Shown here: positions 1-8,602 of the stretch, piece by piece | Layout: each line of letters starts with the position of its first letter | Position numbering within the stretch: the first letter of the stretch is position 1 | Program-made: the position numbers and the translations under genes | The notes under the pieces: generated by a model | What the model saw: only the letters and a program-made list of their open reading frames with translations | Databases searched by the model: none | Told to the model about the DNA's origin: nothing | DNA from: Acidobacterium sp. S8 | GTDB taxonomy: Bacteria > Acidobacteriota > Terriglobia > Terriglobales > Acidobacteriaceae | NCBI RefSeq assembly: GCF_009765985.1 | Contig: NZ_LMUM01000037.1 | Span: 572,960-604,912 of the forward strand | Length of the DNA stretch: 31,953 nt | Reading direction: 5' to 3'

Positions 1-494
1 CGGTGTCTCTGTATTGGGCTGCGCTTTCTTTCCGCAGCCAACCGAACACAAAGACAAAGTTGCAACACAGAAGAAGGTTGTTACACGAAAAGCGTTAATG
101 ATCAAAGTGGCAGACATGTCGACTTACCTTTCTGGGATATTGCATTCCCCAAGCTTGCCTGGACCGAGCGGGCTGGTTCTTCTCCAGCGCGAAGCTATAC
201 GGGTGAGGAACTTCAACCGCACATTGTATGGCTGAGCGCTCATTGACTCGCTACTGTCAAAACTGTCAGACACAGAATTAGCGCAGGAAGTAGTCCTCGC
301 GATTCTGAATGTGACTCGGATGACTTGCGTATTGGGCCGACGTCTAGTCTGTCCGTTTTGACAGTTCCGAATCTGAGCTCTGTGCGTAACTCTGTTGACT
401 CTACGGCCATCGCTCCGTGATCGATGTTCTCCATTCCCGAGTTGGCAGAGCGGCAACCTGTGACAACGACCTCATGGAATCCAAGGAGTAACCC

Positions 495-1058
495 ATGACA
501 GTCAATCGCTTCCTCACCGGGTCTCGGTTCGTAGTCACATCTCTGTTTTGTGTGCTTCCGGTGGACACCTTCGTTAACAACAAAGAAGATAAGCGGGTGA
601 ACATCCAAAAGATGTCTCGAGATACGCTCCAACGCCTTTACAAGGCCGAGCCTTCAGCGAAGACAGCCGTCGAAAAATCTTATGGGTATGCGGTTTTTAG
701 CAATACGCCCGGAAATGGCGTAGGCATGGCCGTCAACAACAAGACGAAAGGTAAAACATTTATGAGAATGTTTGAGATCCACGAGGGTCATGGCGCGGGA
801 GTCAAGAAGTTTCGGTACGTCTTTGTATTCGACAACGAGACAGTGTTCAACGACTCCGTGAATTCTGGCTGGGAGTCCGGAGGGCAGGTATCAGAAGCCG
901 CCAAAACCTCTGCTGAGAAGGGCGGACCCATGCACGGCGCGGCGGCAGTTTCCAACGGCATCTGGATGTATCAGCTCAATGGCAGGGGGGTGGTCTTGAA
1001 TATCGCTGCCAAGAGCACTAAGTATTCACCAGACGATAACTTGAACAAATCATCGTGA
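495..1058 (+). CDS. SYLF/Ysc84-like (DUF500) domain protein, paralog 1
   Basis: ATG is preceded by AAGGAG (483-488) and an in-frame TAA at 489-491. It aligns along its length with the 3165-3734 product, for example LQRLYKAEPSAKTAVEKSYGYAVF vs LQDLYKLQPSAQGAIQKSAGYAVF, and C-terminal KYSPDDNLNKSS vs KYYKDDDLNKKS. The YAVF...GxGVxxxxYxxxFVF...SGW pattern matches my recollection of the SYLF lipid-binding fold. The N-terminus is only weakly signal-peptide-like, and there is a short deletion relative to paralog 2. Confidence 0.6.
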   Translation: MTVNRFLTGSRFVVTSLFCVLPVDTFVNNKEDKRVNIQKMSRDTLQRLYKAEPSAKTAVEKSYGYAVFSNTPGNGVGMAVNNKTKGKTFMRMFEIHEGHGAGVKKFRYVFVFDNETVFNDSVNSGWESGGQVSEAAKTSAEKGGPMHGAAAVSNGIWMYQLNGRGVVLNIAAKSTKYSPDDNLNKSS

Positions 1059-1434
1059 GGCAAGATGCGGCCGCAGCAGTTCTCTTGGGAGAAGGGTGAA
1101 GAACTGTCAATCATCCGTATGCCGCAACCTCTGGACAATACCGGGCATAGTACACCCCGTCCCTTAATCGTGAGAGCGTCCATTCGTCGAGCTGCCTGAT
1201 TCCTTTCTGCGCCGGTGACACTGTTAGTTCTACGAGGCGACAATCAGCTAGCTTCCGAATACCATGCCGTACGACGGGCTCCGAACGGTGGTTTCTTAAA
1301 GGCAGGCCTTTAGGACTTACGTGATGTGGGCCAACACATCTCCCTGCACATAGCTCACGCATGTGAGGCGATCGGCTTCCTCTCTGGAAAGCTGCCGTCA
1401 GATGACGACGGTACGGGCCCGTGAAAGGAGGAGC

Positions 1435-2892
1435 ATGAACCTAAAAAGCTATTTTGTATTTACAGCCACGGCTCTGGGCTGCGCTGCAGTGCTGAATGCT
1501 CAACAGAACTCTCTGGAGGCATCGGTATCGTCCGTCGTTAGCTGTGTCTCTCAAGGCAAAGCACGACAACAGTGCTCGGCCGATACTCGTGCGGGCATCG
1601 TGATGCTGCGACCAACAGGCGAGGCGCCCTGCCTCCTCGGCAGAAACTGGGGCTACGACGACCAGGGGGTCTGGGTGTCGGAAGGTTGCGGCGGTGACTT
1701 CGGCACGGGAAGTACTCACCGCGCAGATGCGCCATCGGCAACCGCAACCGCAGCAGCGCTGGTTGAGTCCGAGCAAGAACAAGCGGCGATTGAAACTACT
1801 ACAACGGGGACGAATCCCACACAGAAATACACCGGCGCTTTCCAGCCTTATGGGAGTCTTCGCAACATCATATCCATTCCAGCTAACGGAGAAGCGGAAG
1901 TACAGGACAACGCCACCCGCGTCGGCATTAATTTCACAACGTTTGGACCCATTAGAGTAATTGGCACTACAGAATGGGGAATTAACCTCGTTCAGAGCGA
2001 AACCACGTTCAACGCCGGTGCGACCACAGAGTCTGGTTTCGGCGTGCTGCAGCAAACGACGCAGCCCGTCTTCGGCGCTCGCCTCGGTTTTTTTGGTGTT
2101 GCTTCTGACAAATTTGGAAGTCTCACCTTTGGCAAGCAGAACTCAACCCACTACGACATAACAAGCTATACAACGGATCGCTTCAACGTTTTCGGCGGGG
2201 TATCCACCGCCACCTACGTTGCGGGCACAGACGGCGGTCAGTCAGGTACCGGCCGCGCCGACCAAACGATTCTCTATCATCTCAAATTCGCCAATGTCCT
2301 GGACTTCGGAGCACAGGGACAATTGCGAACTGGAGACACCTCGCAGGCCTTTAACGGCTTCGGCTTTTCTTTGCAGGCAACACCGATTCCGGGACTGAAG
2401 ATCGGTGGGGCCTACAACAAGACCTACTTCAATTCCACGCTTAGAGATACGGTACTCCATGGCGACGGCACGGATTACTGGGCCTTTGGAGGTAAAGGCA
2501 CCTGGCGCAACCTTGAATGGGGTGCCGATTACGTGCGCCAAAACAATGGCGATCTGGCATTCATTCCTGATCCCACAGGCGGACCGGAGACAATAGCGGT
2601 CGGATTTTCCGCGAACGGAGTCGAGATCTATTCCAGGGTTAAGTTCGGAAAGTTTGCAGTTGTAGGCGGCTTTGAGGACTACATACCCTTCGACCTTAGT
2701 GCTCTCATCAACCCGGATTTCAAGACCAGATATGCAATTCTCGGTGCCGAATGGCACATCTCGCCATCAGGCTACGCATTTTTTGAATCGCGGCTGGGAG
2801 ATACCACGGACGCTCAGGGAATGGGAGGTTACAACGCAGCAGCTCTCGGCTTCCGCTACGACTTCAGTTGGAAGACGCTGCATCTGCAATAA
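1435..2892 (+). CDS. Outer-membrane porin with a Cys-rich DUF3011-like N-terminal domain
   Basis: Start chosen at ATG 1435 (MNLKSYFVFTATALGCAAVLNAQQ, a clear signal peptide) with AGGAGG 6 nt upstream; the track start at 1363 looks too early. N-domain: CVSQGKARQQCSADTRAGIVMLRPTGEAPCLLGRNWGYDDQGVWVSEGCGGDF, which resembles the DUF3011 Cys pattern. The rest shows the alternating beta-strand pattern of Gram-negative porins (GSLTFGKQNSTHYD, aromatic girdles, C-terminal GFRYDF). Confidence 0.6.
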   Translation: MNLKSYFVFTATALGCAAVLNAQQNSLEASVSSVVSCVSQGKARQQCSADTRAGIVMLRPTGEAPCLLGRNWGYDDQGVWVSEGCGGDFGTGSTHRADAPSATATAAALVESEQEQAAIETTTTGTNPTQKYTGAFQPYGSLRNIISIPANGEAEVQDNATRVGINFTTFGPIRVIGTTEWGINLVQSETTFNAGATTESGFGVLQQTTQPVFGARLGFFGVASDKFGSLTFGKQNSTHYDITSYTTDRFNVFGGVSTATYVAGTDGGQSGTGRADQTILYHLKFANVLDFGAQGQLRTGDTSQAFNGFGFSLQATPIPGLKIGGAYNKTYFNSTLRDTVLHGDGTDYWAFGGKGTWRNLEWGADYVRQNNGDLAFIPDPTGGPETIAVGFSANGVEIYSRVKFGKFAVVGGFEDYIPFDLSALINPDFKTRYAILGAEWHISPSGYAFFESRLGDTTDAQGMGGYNAAALGFRYDFSWKTLHLQ

Positions 2893-3164
2893 ACCCCGTT
2901 GGCGGCTTCCACTTCAGAAGCGATCGGTTCACGTGCGTTTCTTTGCAATGTACCCGTTTCTATTTGAGGTGTCCTCGATCTGCAGTAAAACTCGCTTACG
3001 ACGCGGCCGGAAGCGCTGCACACGTCGTGTGCAACAACTAGCAGTTCTGACAGTCGCAAAACATCTTATGTCCTGTTCCACTGTAGCGGTGAGGAAGGGT
3101 TACAGGCCAGCCCTGACGCCGTGATGTACCTGCAATCAGCTCCTCGAAGATAAGGAGAACACCG

Positions 3165-3734
3165 ATGAAACTCAGAATGATCGCTTCAAGCCTCGCAGTG
3201 ATTCTGCTGGCTACAAGTTTCGCTGGCGCCGCTTCACCGGACGAAAAACGAACCAAGACTCGCAAGATGGCTGATAAAACTCTGCAGGACCTATACAAAC
3301 TGCAGCCCTCAGCTCAGGGGGCTATCCAAAAGTCTGCCGGATACGCCGTTTTCGATAACATGGGAACGAACCTCTTGCTAGTAAGCACGGCGCGTGGCTC
3401 AGGCATCGCCGTTGCCACCGGTTCCAAGCAGGAAACCTTCATGAAGATGGTTTCGGCCGGCGCAGGTCTGGGTGTGGGAGTCAAGGATTATCGGCTAATC
3501 TTCGTGTTCGAAAACGATAAGGCGTTGTCTCAATTCCTCGATTCCGGCTGGTCGGGTTCAGGACAAGCGGATGCTGCGGCCAAGGCAGGCGACAAGGGCG
3601 GAGCTTACTCGGGGGCGGAAGAGTTTGCCCCGGGTGTCTGGATCTATCAAATTACCAAGAACGGTCTCGCTCTCCAGATAACCCTGCAAGGCACCAAATA
3701 CTATAAGGACGACGACCTCAACAAAAAATCATAG
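3165..3734 (+). CDS. SYLF/Ysc84-like (DUF500) domain secreted protein, paralog 2
   Basis: AAGGAGA lies 6 nt upstream of the ATG. It has a canonical signal peptide (MKLRMIASSLAVILLATSFAGAAS) and is homologous to the 495-1058 product. Confidence 0.75.
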   Translation: MKLRMIASSLAVILLATSFAGAASPDEKRTKTRKMADKTLQDLYKLQPSAQGAIQKSAGYAVFDNMGTNLLLVSTARGSGIAVATGSKQETFMKMVSAGAGLGVGVKDYRLIFVFENDKALSQFLDSGWSGSGQADAAAKAGDKGGAYSGAEEFAPGVWIYQITKNGLALQITLQGTKYYKDDDLNKKS

Positions 3735-3844
3735 CTCCTGGTTGGGACGTGAAGTCACAAGAATTAGCCCCACATGCGCATGGTGGTAGCTGAGGATTGA
3801 TTCGCTACATGTCCCATATCTTTTTGCGGTGGATGATCTGCACA

Positions 3845-5767
3845 TTACAGCACCAGCCGACACTCGCCAACCTTACGAGTGACCCGCTCCCGGTCAAGAT
3901 ACTCAAGGAGCGGGATGGCGTATTTGCGCGACAGACCCGTCAACTGTTTAAACCGCGCCACATCGATGGTCTGACCTCGAAACTCGGCGACTTGTGATCG
4001 CAGCTTTGTAAGAGCAATTTGATGGAAATAGAGCTCTTCCGTTCCCATCTTTACCAGCGTTTTGTCGCGCAAGAGCAGAATCATGAGTCGCCGCAACTCA
4101 GAGGAATCGATGGCGAGTCTATTTGCGACTTCTGCGGCGGATGGAGTAGAGAGTCCGGCGGCTTCGAAGGATTCGGCAATCGACGACAGTAGGTTGCGAT
4201 CTTTTTCCGAAGGTCGGCCATCGGAATCAAAGGGCAAGACCCAGTCCTGCTGAACCCGCAGTTTGCGCTCGCGTTCCAGTCGTTCCAGCACGAAGTCAAA
4301 GAGCGCGGGGTTGAGTCTGGTGTGACTTCTCAGTTCCGAGCGCCTGACCGAAGAGCTCGCGGTACCTTTCATTCGGTGGGCAAGCCCGCTCATGACGCAA
4401 CATTCGGCGCTCTCAAGGCCTTCTATCGTTAAAAGAAGATCGTCCTGGGTTTGCACTAGCTTTCCAGCGACGATAAGTGGATTTGTCAGCGTGGCAATGG
4501 CCTCGGCGGTTAAGCCACATTCTGCAGACAACCCAGACAGATGTAGCCCGCGCAGGCCTCGCCTGCTGATTCGCAGGAAAAGCTGTCCCGCGATAGGAGC
4601 ACTCCTTAACTGCTCCAGCCACTTCATGCATTCGGACTTCCGCAGACCTGGAATTGGCTGCGCATCCAATATGCGTCCACCGCCGATTGTCATCGCAGGC
4701 GATGGCTGACGGAGCACAAACCGGTCGCCTGGCGCGAGGACGATGGACTTCTCAAGCCTGAGGCGCAGCAGGCGGGCGCTGCCTGGCGGGACAGGCTCAT
4801 GTTGGTACAGCGACACTGTCGAGAGAGCCTCTGAAGAGAAAGCATAAAAATGAACACGGCAGCCATGTTTGAGCTTTGGCGTGCTGCGTAGCATGGTGAC
4901 TTCGACATCGATTAAGTCGGTCGCGGCTAGCGTGCCTGTATCCAAGACAGTCTGTCCGCGGTGTATCTCTGAGGCCTCTATGCCGACAAGGTTCAGAGCG
5001 ACTCGCGAGCCGCCGTATGCCACTCGGTCCGTATGGCCGTGGACCTGAATGCCACGCACTCTTACCGCGCGGCTCCCCGGCTCGATCGTGAGTGTTTGTC
5101 CGCACTCGAACGATCCCGCGAGCAGAGTGCCGGTCACCACTGTGCCGAAGCCCTTCATGACGAATGCCCGATCTATGGGCAGCCTGGGCAGCGCGTCGGA
5201 GTTTCTAGCCGGAACGGAGGTTGCGAGCGATGCAAGTTCGGATCTCAGCTGATCCAAACCTCGTCCTGAATGTGCGGATACAGGGACGACAGGTGCTCCA
5301 TCGGTATTTAGAAACGTACTGCTCAGGAATCCCCGGATTGAATCGCAAACCCTTTGGAGATGGTCAGCGCTGATCCGATCGATTTTTGTGACAACAGTAA
5401 GGCCCGCACGAACCCCCAGCATTTCACAGATCGCCAGATGCTCTTCCGTTTGCGGTTTCACTCCTTCTTCAGCTGAGATAACCAGCATCACAGCGTCAAT
5501 CCCACCTGCGCCGGCGAGCATGTTTCGGATGAAGTGATGGTGACCCGGAACGTCGACAAAGCTCAACCGCAGCGGCAGGCCGCTGTGAGTTTTTGTTTCA
5601 AGAGAAGCGAAGCCGAGGTCAATCGTGATGCCGCGGCGCTTCTCGTCCGGCAGGCGGTCGGTATCGACCCCGGTGAGCGTGCGGACCAGTGTGGTTTTTC
5701 CGTGATCGATATGGCCCGCTGTGCCGATCACGATGGACTGCGGTCGGGTTGTCTCGTGTGAAAGCAT
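3845..5767 (-). CDS. selB: Selenocysteine-specific translation elongation factor SelB
   Basis: GTPase G1-G3 motifs [23 protein letters not shown] and DVPGH, followed by EF-Tu-like domains II/III and a long C-terminal extension of about 270 aa typical of the SECIS-binding winged-helix region. Start set at ATG 5767 (MLSHETT...), 4 nt after the selA stop codon; the track start at 5809 would overlap selA. Confidence 0.93.
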   Translation of the reverse strand: MLSHETTRPQSIVIGTAGHIDHGKTTLVRTLTGVDTDRLPDEKRRGITIDLGFASLETKTHSGLPLRLSFVDVPGHHHFIRNMLAGAGGIDAVMLVISAEEGVKPQTEEHLAICEMLGVRAGLTVVTKIDRISADHLQRVCDSIRGFLSSTFLNTDGAPVVPVSAHSGRGLDQLRSELASLATSVPARNSDALPRLPIDRAFVMKGFGTVVTGTLLAGSFECGQTLTIEPGSRAVRVRGIQVHGHTDRVAYGGSRVALNLVGIEASEIHRGQTVLDTGTLAATDLIDVEVTMLRSTPKLKHGCRVHFYAFSSEALSTVSLYQHEPVPPGSARLLRLRLEKSIVLAPGDRFVLRQPSPAMTIGGGRILDAQPIPGLRKSECMKWLEQLRSAPIAGQLFLRISRRGLRGLHLSGLSAECGLTAEAIATLTNPLIVAGKLVQTQDDLLLTIEGLESAECCVMSGLAHRMKGTASSSVRRSELRSHTRLNPALFDFVLERLERERKLRVQQDWVLPFDSDGRPSEKDRNLLSSIAESFEAAGLSTPSAAEVANRLAIDSSELRRLMILLLRDKTLVKMGTEELYFHQIALTKLRSQVAEFRGQTIDVARFKQLTGLSRKYAIPLLEYLDRERVTRKVGECRLVL

Positions 5768-5771
5768 GCGC

Positions 5772-7235
5772 CTATCTGTCCGACATTTGAACCGACGTCC
5801 GCATTGCAACGTGATGGCCCCTGAGAAGAGTCGCCAGTGACGTATCTAAGTCTGCGTCCACGGTACGCAGATCCAGCAGCACGTTGCCTTCGCTGATTCT
5901 TCCAATCACTGGCGGAGTCGACTGGCGGAGAGTGGAGAGCAGCTCATCTGCGGTCAATGTTGCGTGACGCAGCGACAACGCGTAGCTCGATAACCTGGCA
6001 TCGGGAGTCGTTCCTCCTCCGATAACGCTCACCGTCGGAACAACATCCACAAATAGATTTTCTGCGGGAATCTTGCTGGCTATCCAGTGACAACGAATCT
6101 TGATCTCGTCTGCATCGAGGCCGATCATGCGTAGTGTCGGAATCGAGTCCGCAGCGCCGGAAACGTGGTCGAGCAACGTAGCTTCAAGAGCCGCATAAGT
6201 CAGCTTGTCCACACGGTAAGTCCGCAGTAGAGGATTTTGCCGGATGCGCTCGATAAGATCCTTCCTCCCAATCAATAAACCGCACTGGGGGCCGCCCAGG
6301 AGCTTGTCCCCGCTGGCGGCTAGCAGGTCCGAGCCTTGCCGATAACCTTCGAGAAGGCTTTGTTCGCACAGAATGCCATGCGCCTCAAGAGAAAAGATAA
6401 GGCCTGTGCCCTGATCTTCGAAGACCGACACATTCGATCGCTTTCCCAGCGCGGCTAATTCCGAAATCTGTGGCCTTGTGACGAATCCGTGCATGCTGAA
6501 ATTCGATTGATGCACGCGCAGAATTAATCCGGTATCTGGTGAAATGGCCCGCTCGTAATCACTCAAACTGGTACGGTTTGTCGTTCCGACCTCGCGAAGG
6601 GTGGCGCCTGATTTTCGGAGAATCTCGGGAATGCGGAAGCCCCCGCCTATCTCGATAAGCTCGCCTCTTGATATCAAGACTTCTTTGCCTTCGGCCAGAG
6701 TGTTCAGGGCAATGAACGTGGCGGCAGCACAGTTGTTGACGACCAGGGCTCGATGGGTATTCGAAGGCTCGTTTGCGCCTGTCTTCTTCGCCAGGACGCG
6801 AAGTATCAAGGACTCGACGTGTACGTCTCTGCTGCTTCGCTCGCCAGAGGTCAAGTCGAATTCGAGATTGCAATAGCCTTTCGCGACTTCAACTATATGA
6901 TCGAGTGCAGTTTGACTAAGTGATGCTCTTCCAAGGTTCGTGTGAAGTATGACGCCAGTTGCGTTGATGACGGGCCGCAACGAATATCTCCCCTTGCGCA
7001 CGAGCCCATCCACGATACCGTCTTCCAGAGACGCTAGGCGCTCCTTGATGCTTGTACGAGTGTGTTGTCCATCCGAGATTTCTTCTCGAATGCGACTCAA
7101 GGCATCCCGTATCGAAGATGCGACAGTGTCATGTGAGTGAAAACAAAGGAGTGCCTTCACTCCTGGAGTTAATAGAAGGTCGTTAACAGAGGGCAGGAGC
7201 CGGTAGAATTCGTTGCTGTATTCATCGTTCTTCAT
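5772..7235 (-). CDS. selA: L-seryl-tRNA(Sec) selenium transferase SelA
   Basis: Diagnostic SelA motif SLRPVINATGVILHTNLGRA and a PLP-fold core. It sits between selD and selB. Its start ATG shares an ATGA overlap with the selD stop (7232-7235). Confidence 0.93.
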   Translation of the reverse strand: MKNDEYSNEFYRLLPSVNDLLLTPGVKALLCFHSHDTVASSIRDALSRIREEISDGQHTRTSIKERLASLEDGIVDGLVRKGRYSLRPVINATGVILHTNLGRASLSQTALDHIVEVAKGYCNLEFDLTSGERSSRDVHVESLILRVLAKKTGANEPSNTHRALVVNNCAAATFIALNTLAEGKEVLISRGELIEIGGGFRIPEILRKSGATLREVGTTNRTSLSDYERAISPDTGLILRVHQSNFSMHGFVTRPQISELAALGKRSNVSVFEDQGTGLIFSLEAHGILCEQSLLEGYRQGSDLLAASGDKLLGGPQCGLLIGRKDLIERIRQNPLLRTYRVDKLTYAALEATLLDHVSGAADSIPTLRMIGLDADEIKIRCHWIASKIPAENLFVDVVPTVSVIGGGTTPDARLSSYALSLRHATLTADELLSTLRQSTPPVIGRISEGNVLLDLRTVDADLDTSLATLLRGHHVAMRTSVQMSDR

Positions 7236-8344
7236 CGCAATACGATCGCCGGATTGCCGCTTTCCGGCCTGTAAACCCCCGCAACGCGGCCGATTCTCTC
7301 CGCGGCGATTCCGGCGTCGCGAAGCGCCTTGCGGAGCAGTTCGGCGCTCTCCGCCGCGACAGAAATAAGTAGTGGGCCCGAGGTCTGCGGATCAAACATT
7401 AGTGTCCGCAGCTCGTCCGGGATATGGCTCCCTGGCGCTTCAGCGATGACGCACTCAGTAAAGTCCCGATTCGCCAATAAACCCGCCGGAATTGCACCTA
7501 AACGGATTGCTTCAAGGGCGCCATCCATCCTGGGTACAGTCTCCACTTCAATCTCCAAAGTGACGCCGCTCGCCATAGCCATCTCGCGGCCGTGCCCCAT
7601 CAGCCCAAAGCCTGTGATGTCCGTCATGCCGTGAACGCCACGGACCTGCGTTATGACTTCCGCCGCAGTCCTGTTGAGCGCCGTCATGGATCGTATTGCA
7701 TTTTCTACCCAAAGCGGCTCTGCCCTCCCCTGTTTCAGAGCGGTTGTAATGACTCCCGTCCCGATCGCTTTGGTCAGAATGAGATCGTCTCCCAGAATAG
7801 CTCCTGCATTTGTGAAGACTCGCGCCGGATCGATCATTCCCGTTACGGCATAGCCGAATTTGATTTCCGCATCACGCACGGTATGTCCACCGGCTACGGC
7901 GCACTCGGCCTCGGACATCTTATTCAGACCGCCACGCATAATCTGTTCGAGGATTTCCATGTCTCCATCCTGCGGGAAACAAACTACTGCGAGCGAGGTC
8001 AATGGCCGCCCACCCATTGCATATACATCGCTGAGTGCGTTGGCAGCCGCAATTTGACCAAAGGTAAACGGATCGTCAACCAGAGGTGTGAAGAAGTCGA
8101 CGGTTTGCACAAGAGCTGCGTCCGGCGCGATCAGATAGATGCCGGCGTCGTCGGATGTGTCAAATCCAACGAGCAGGTTTTGATCGTGTTGCGCCGGAAG
8201 CCTTTCGAGAACCGCCCGGAGGGATCCGGGGGCGAGTTTGCTGGCGCATCCGCCGGCTTTTACCTGCTGTGTCAGACGGATGGGATAAGAGGTTTCCAAC
8301 AAAGTGTCCTGATTTGAATCCCGGTTGATCGAGGTCCCGGCCAC
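7232..8344 (-). CDS. selD: Selenide, water dikinase (selenophosphate synthetase) SelD, Cys-type
   Basis: N-terminal IRLTQQVKAGGCASKLAP matches the SelD glycine-rich loop, with Cys (not Sec) at the catalytic position. It has the AIR-synthase-like fold motifs (DDAGIY, GHT..D). The start is uncertain: 8344 is GTG, and in-frame TTG codons at 8302 and 8299 would give an N-terminus closer to the length of E. coli SelD. Confidence 0.9.
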   Translation of the reverse strand: MAGTSINRDSNQDTLLETSYPIRLTQQVKAGGCASKLAPGSLRAVLERLPAQHDQNLLVGFDTSDDAGIYLIAPDAALVQTVDFFTPLVDDPFTFGQIAAANALSDVYAMGGRPLTSLAVVCFPQDGDMEILEQIMRGGLNKMSEAECAVAGGHTVRDAEIKFGYAVTGMIDPARVFTNAGAILGDDLILTKAIGTGVITTALKQGRAEPLWVENAIRSMTALNRTAAEVITQVRGVHGMTDITGFGLMGHGREMAMASGVTLEIEVETVPRMDGALEAIRLGAIPAGLLANRDFTECVIAEAPGSHIPDELRTLMFDPQTSGPLLISVAAESAELLRKALRDAGIAAERIGRVAGVYRPESGNPAIVLR

Positions 8345-8361
8345 GTAGTATAGATTGCGAT

Positions 8362-8455
8362 GGAAGTGCCTGGGCTCCGGTGATCCCCCCGGTCTTCAAA
8401 ACCGGTGGTCGTCCTTACGGGCGACGGTGTGTTCGACTCACACGCGCTTCCGCCA
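8362..8455 (+). tRNA. selC: tRNA-Sec (anticodon UCA) with encoded CCA
   Basis: Hand fold: 8-bp acceptor stem GGAAGTGC/GCGCTTCC (one T-G wobble); D arm GGGCTC-CGGT-GATCCC with one C-T mismatch; anticodon stem CCGGT/ACCGG with loop CTTCAAA (TCA at 8396-8398); long variable arm GGTCGTCC-TTAC-GGGCGACG; T arm GTGTG-TTCGACT-CACAC; discriminator G then CCA. The layout parallels E. coli selC as I remember it, and the 8-bp acceptor stem is the bacterial tRNA-Sec hallmark. Confidence 0.9.
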
Positions 8456-8602
8456 CTCCAACCAAACCAGACTAAGACTATTGAGAAGTTCAGAATACTG
8501 TCGCTTTTGACAGGCATCATTCTCTTAATTTTGTGGTAGCTTTGGAGCCGATTATTCCTCTCGGAATGATTCTCTGTCCCGGGATTCTGCTGTGGAGGCT
8601 GA

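Noticed and set aside
1363-1434. Longer N-terminal extensions offered by the ORF track for the porin (1363), SelB (5809), FdnI (12527) and OMF (24402).
   Set aside because: The extensions lack signal-peptide or domain character and overlap the preceding genes. Internal ATGs at 1435, 5767, 12599 and 24189 give canonical N-termini (signal peptide, G1 motif spacing, lipobox), and good SD sequences or coupling distances.
2672-3124. 150-aa plus-strand ORF overlapping the porin 3' end and the following intergenic region.
   Set aside because: It is out of frame with the porin C-terminus, Arg/Cys-rich and without motifs. The real downstream gene starts at 3165 with a strong SD.
3735-3844. Convergent gap between the SYLF gene and selB, searched for a bidirectional terminator (CCACATGCGCATGGTGG, about 3769-3785).
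   Set aside because: It gives only a 4-bp clean stem with a mismatch and no flanking T/A tracts.
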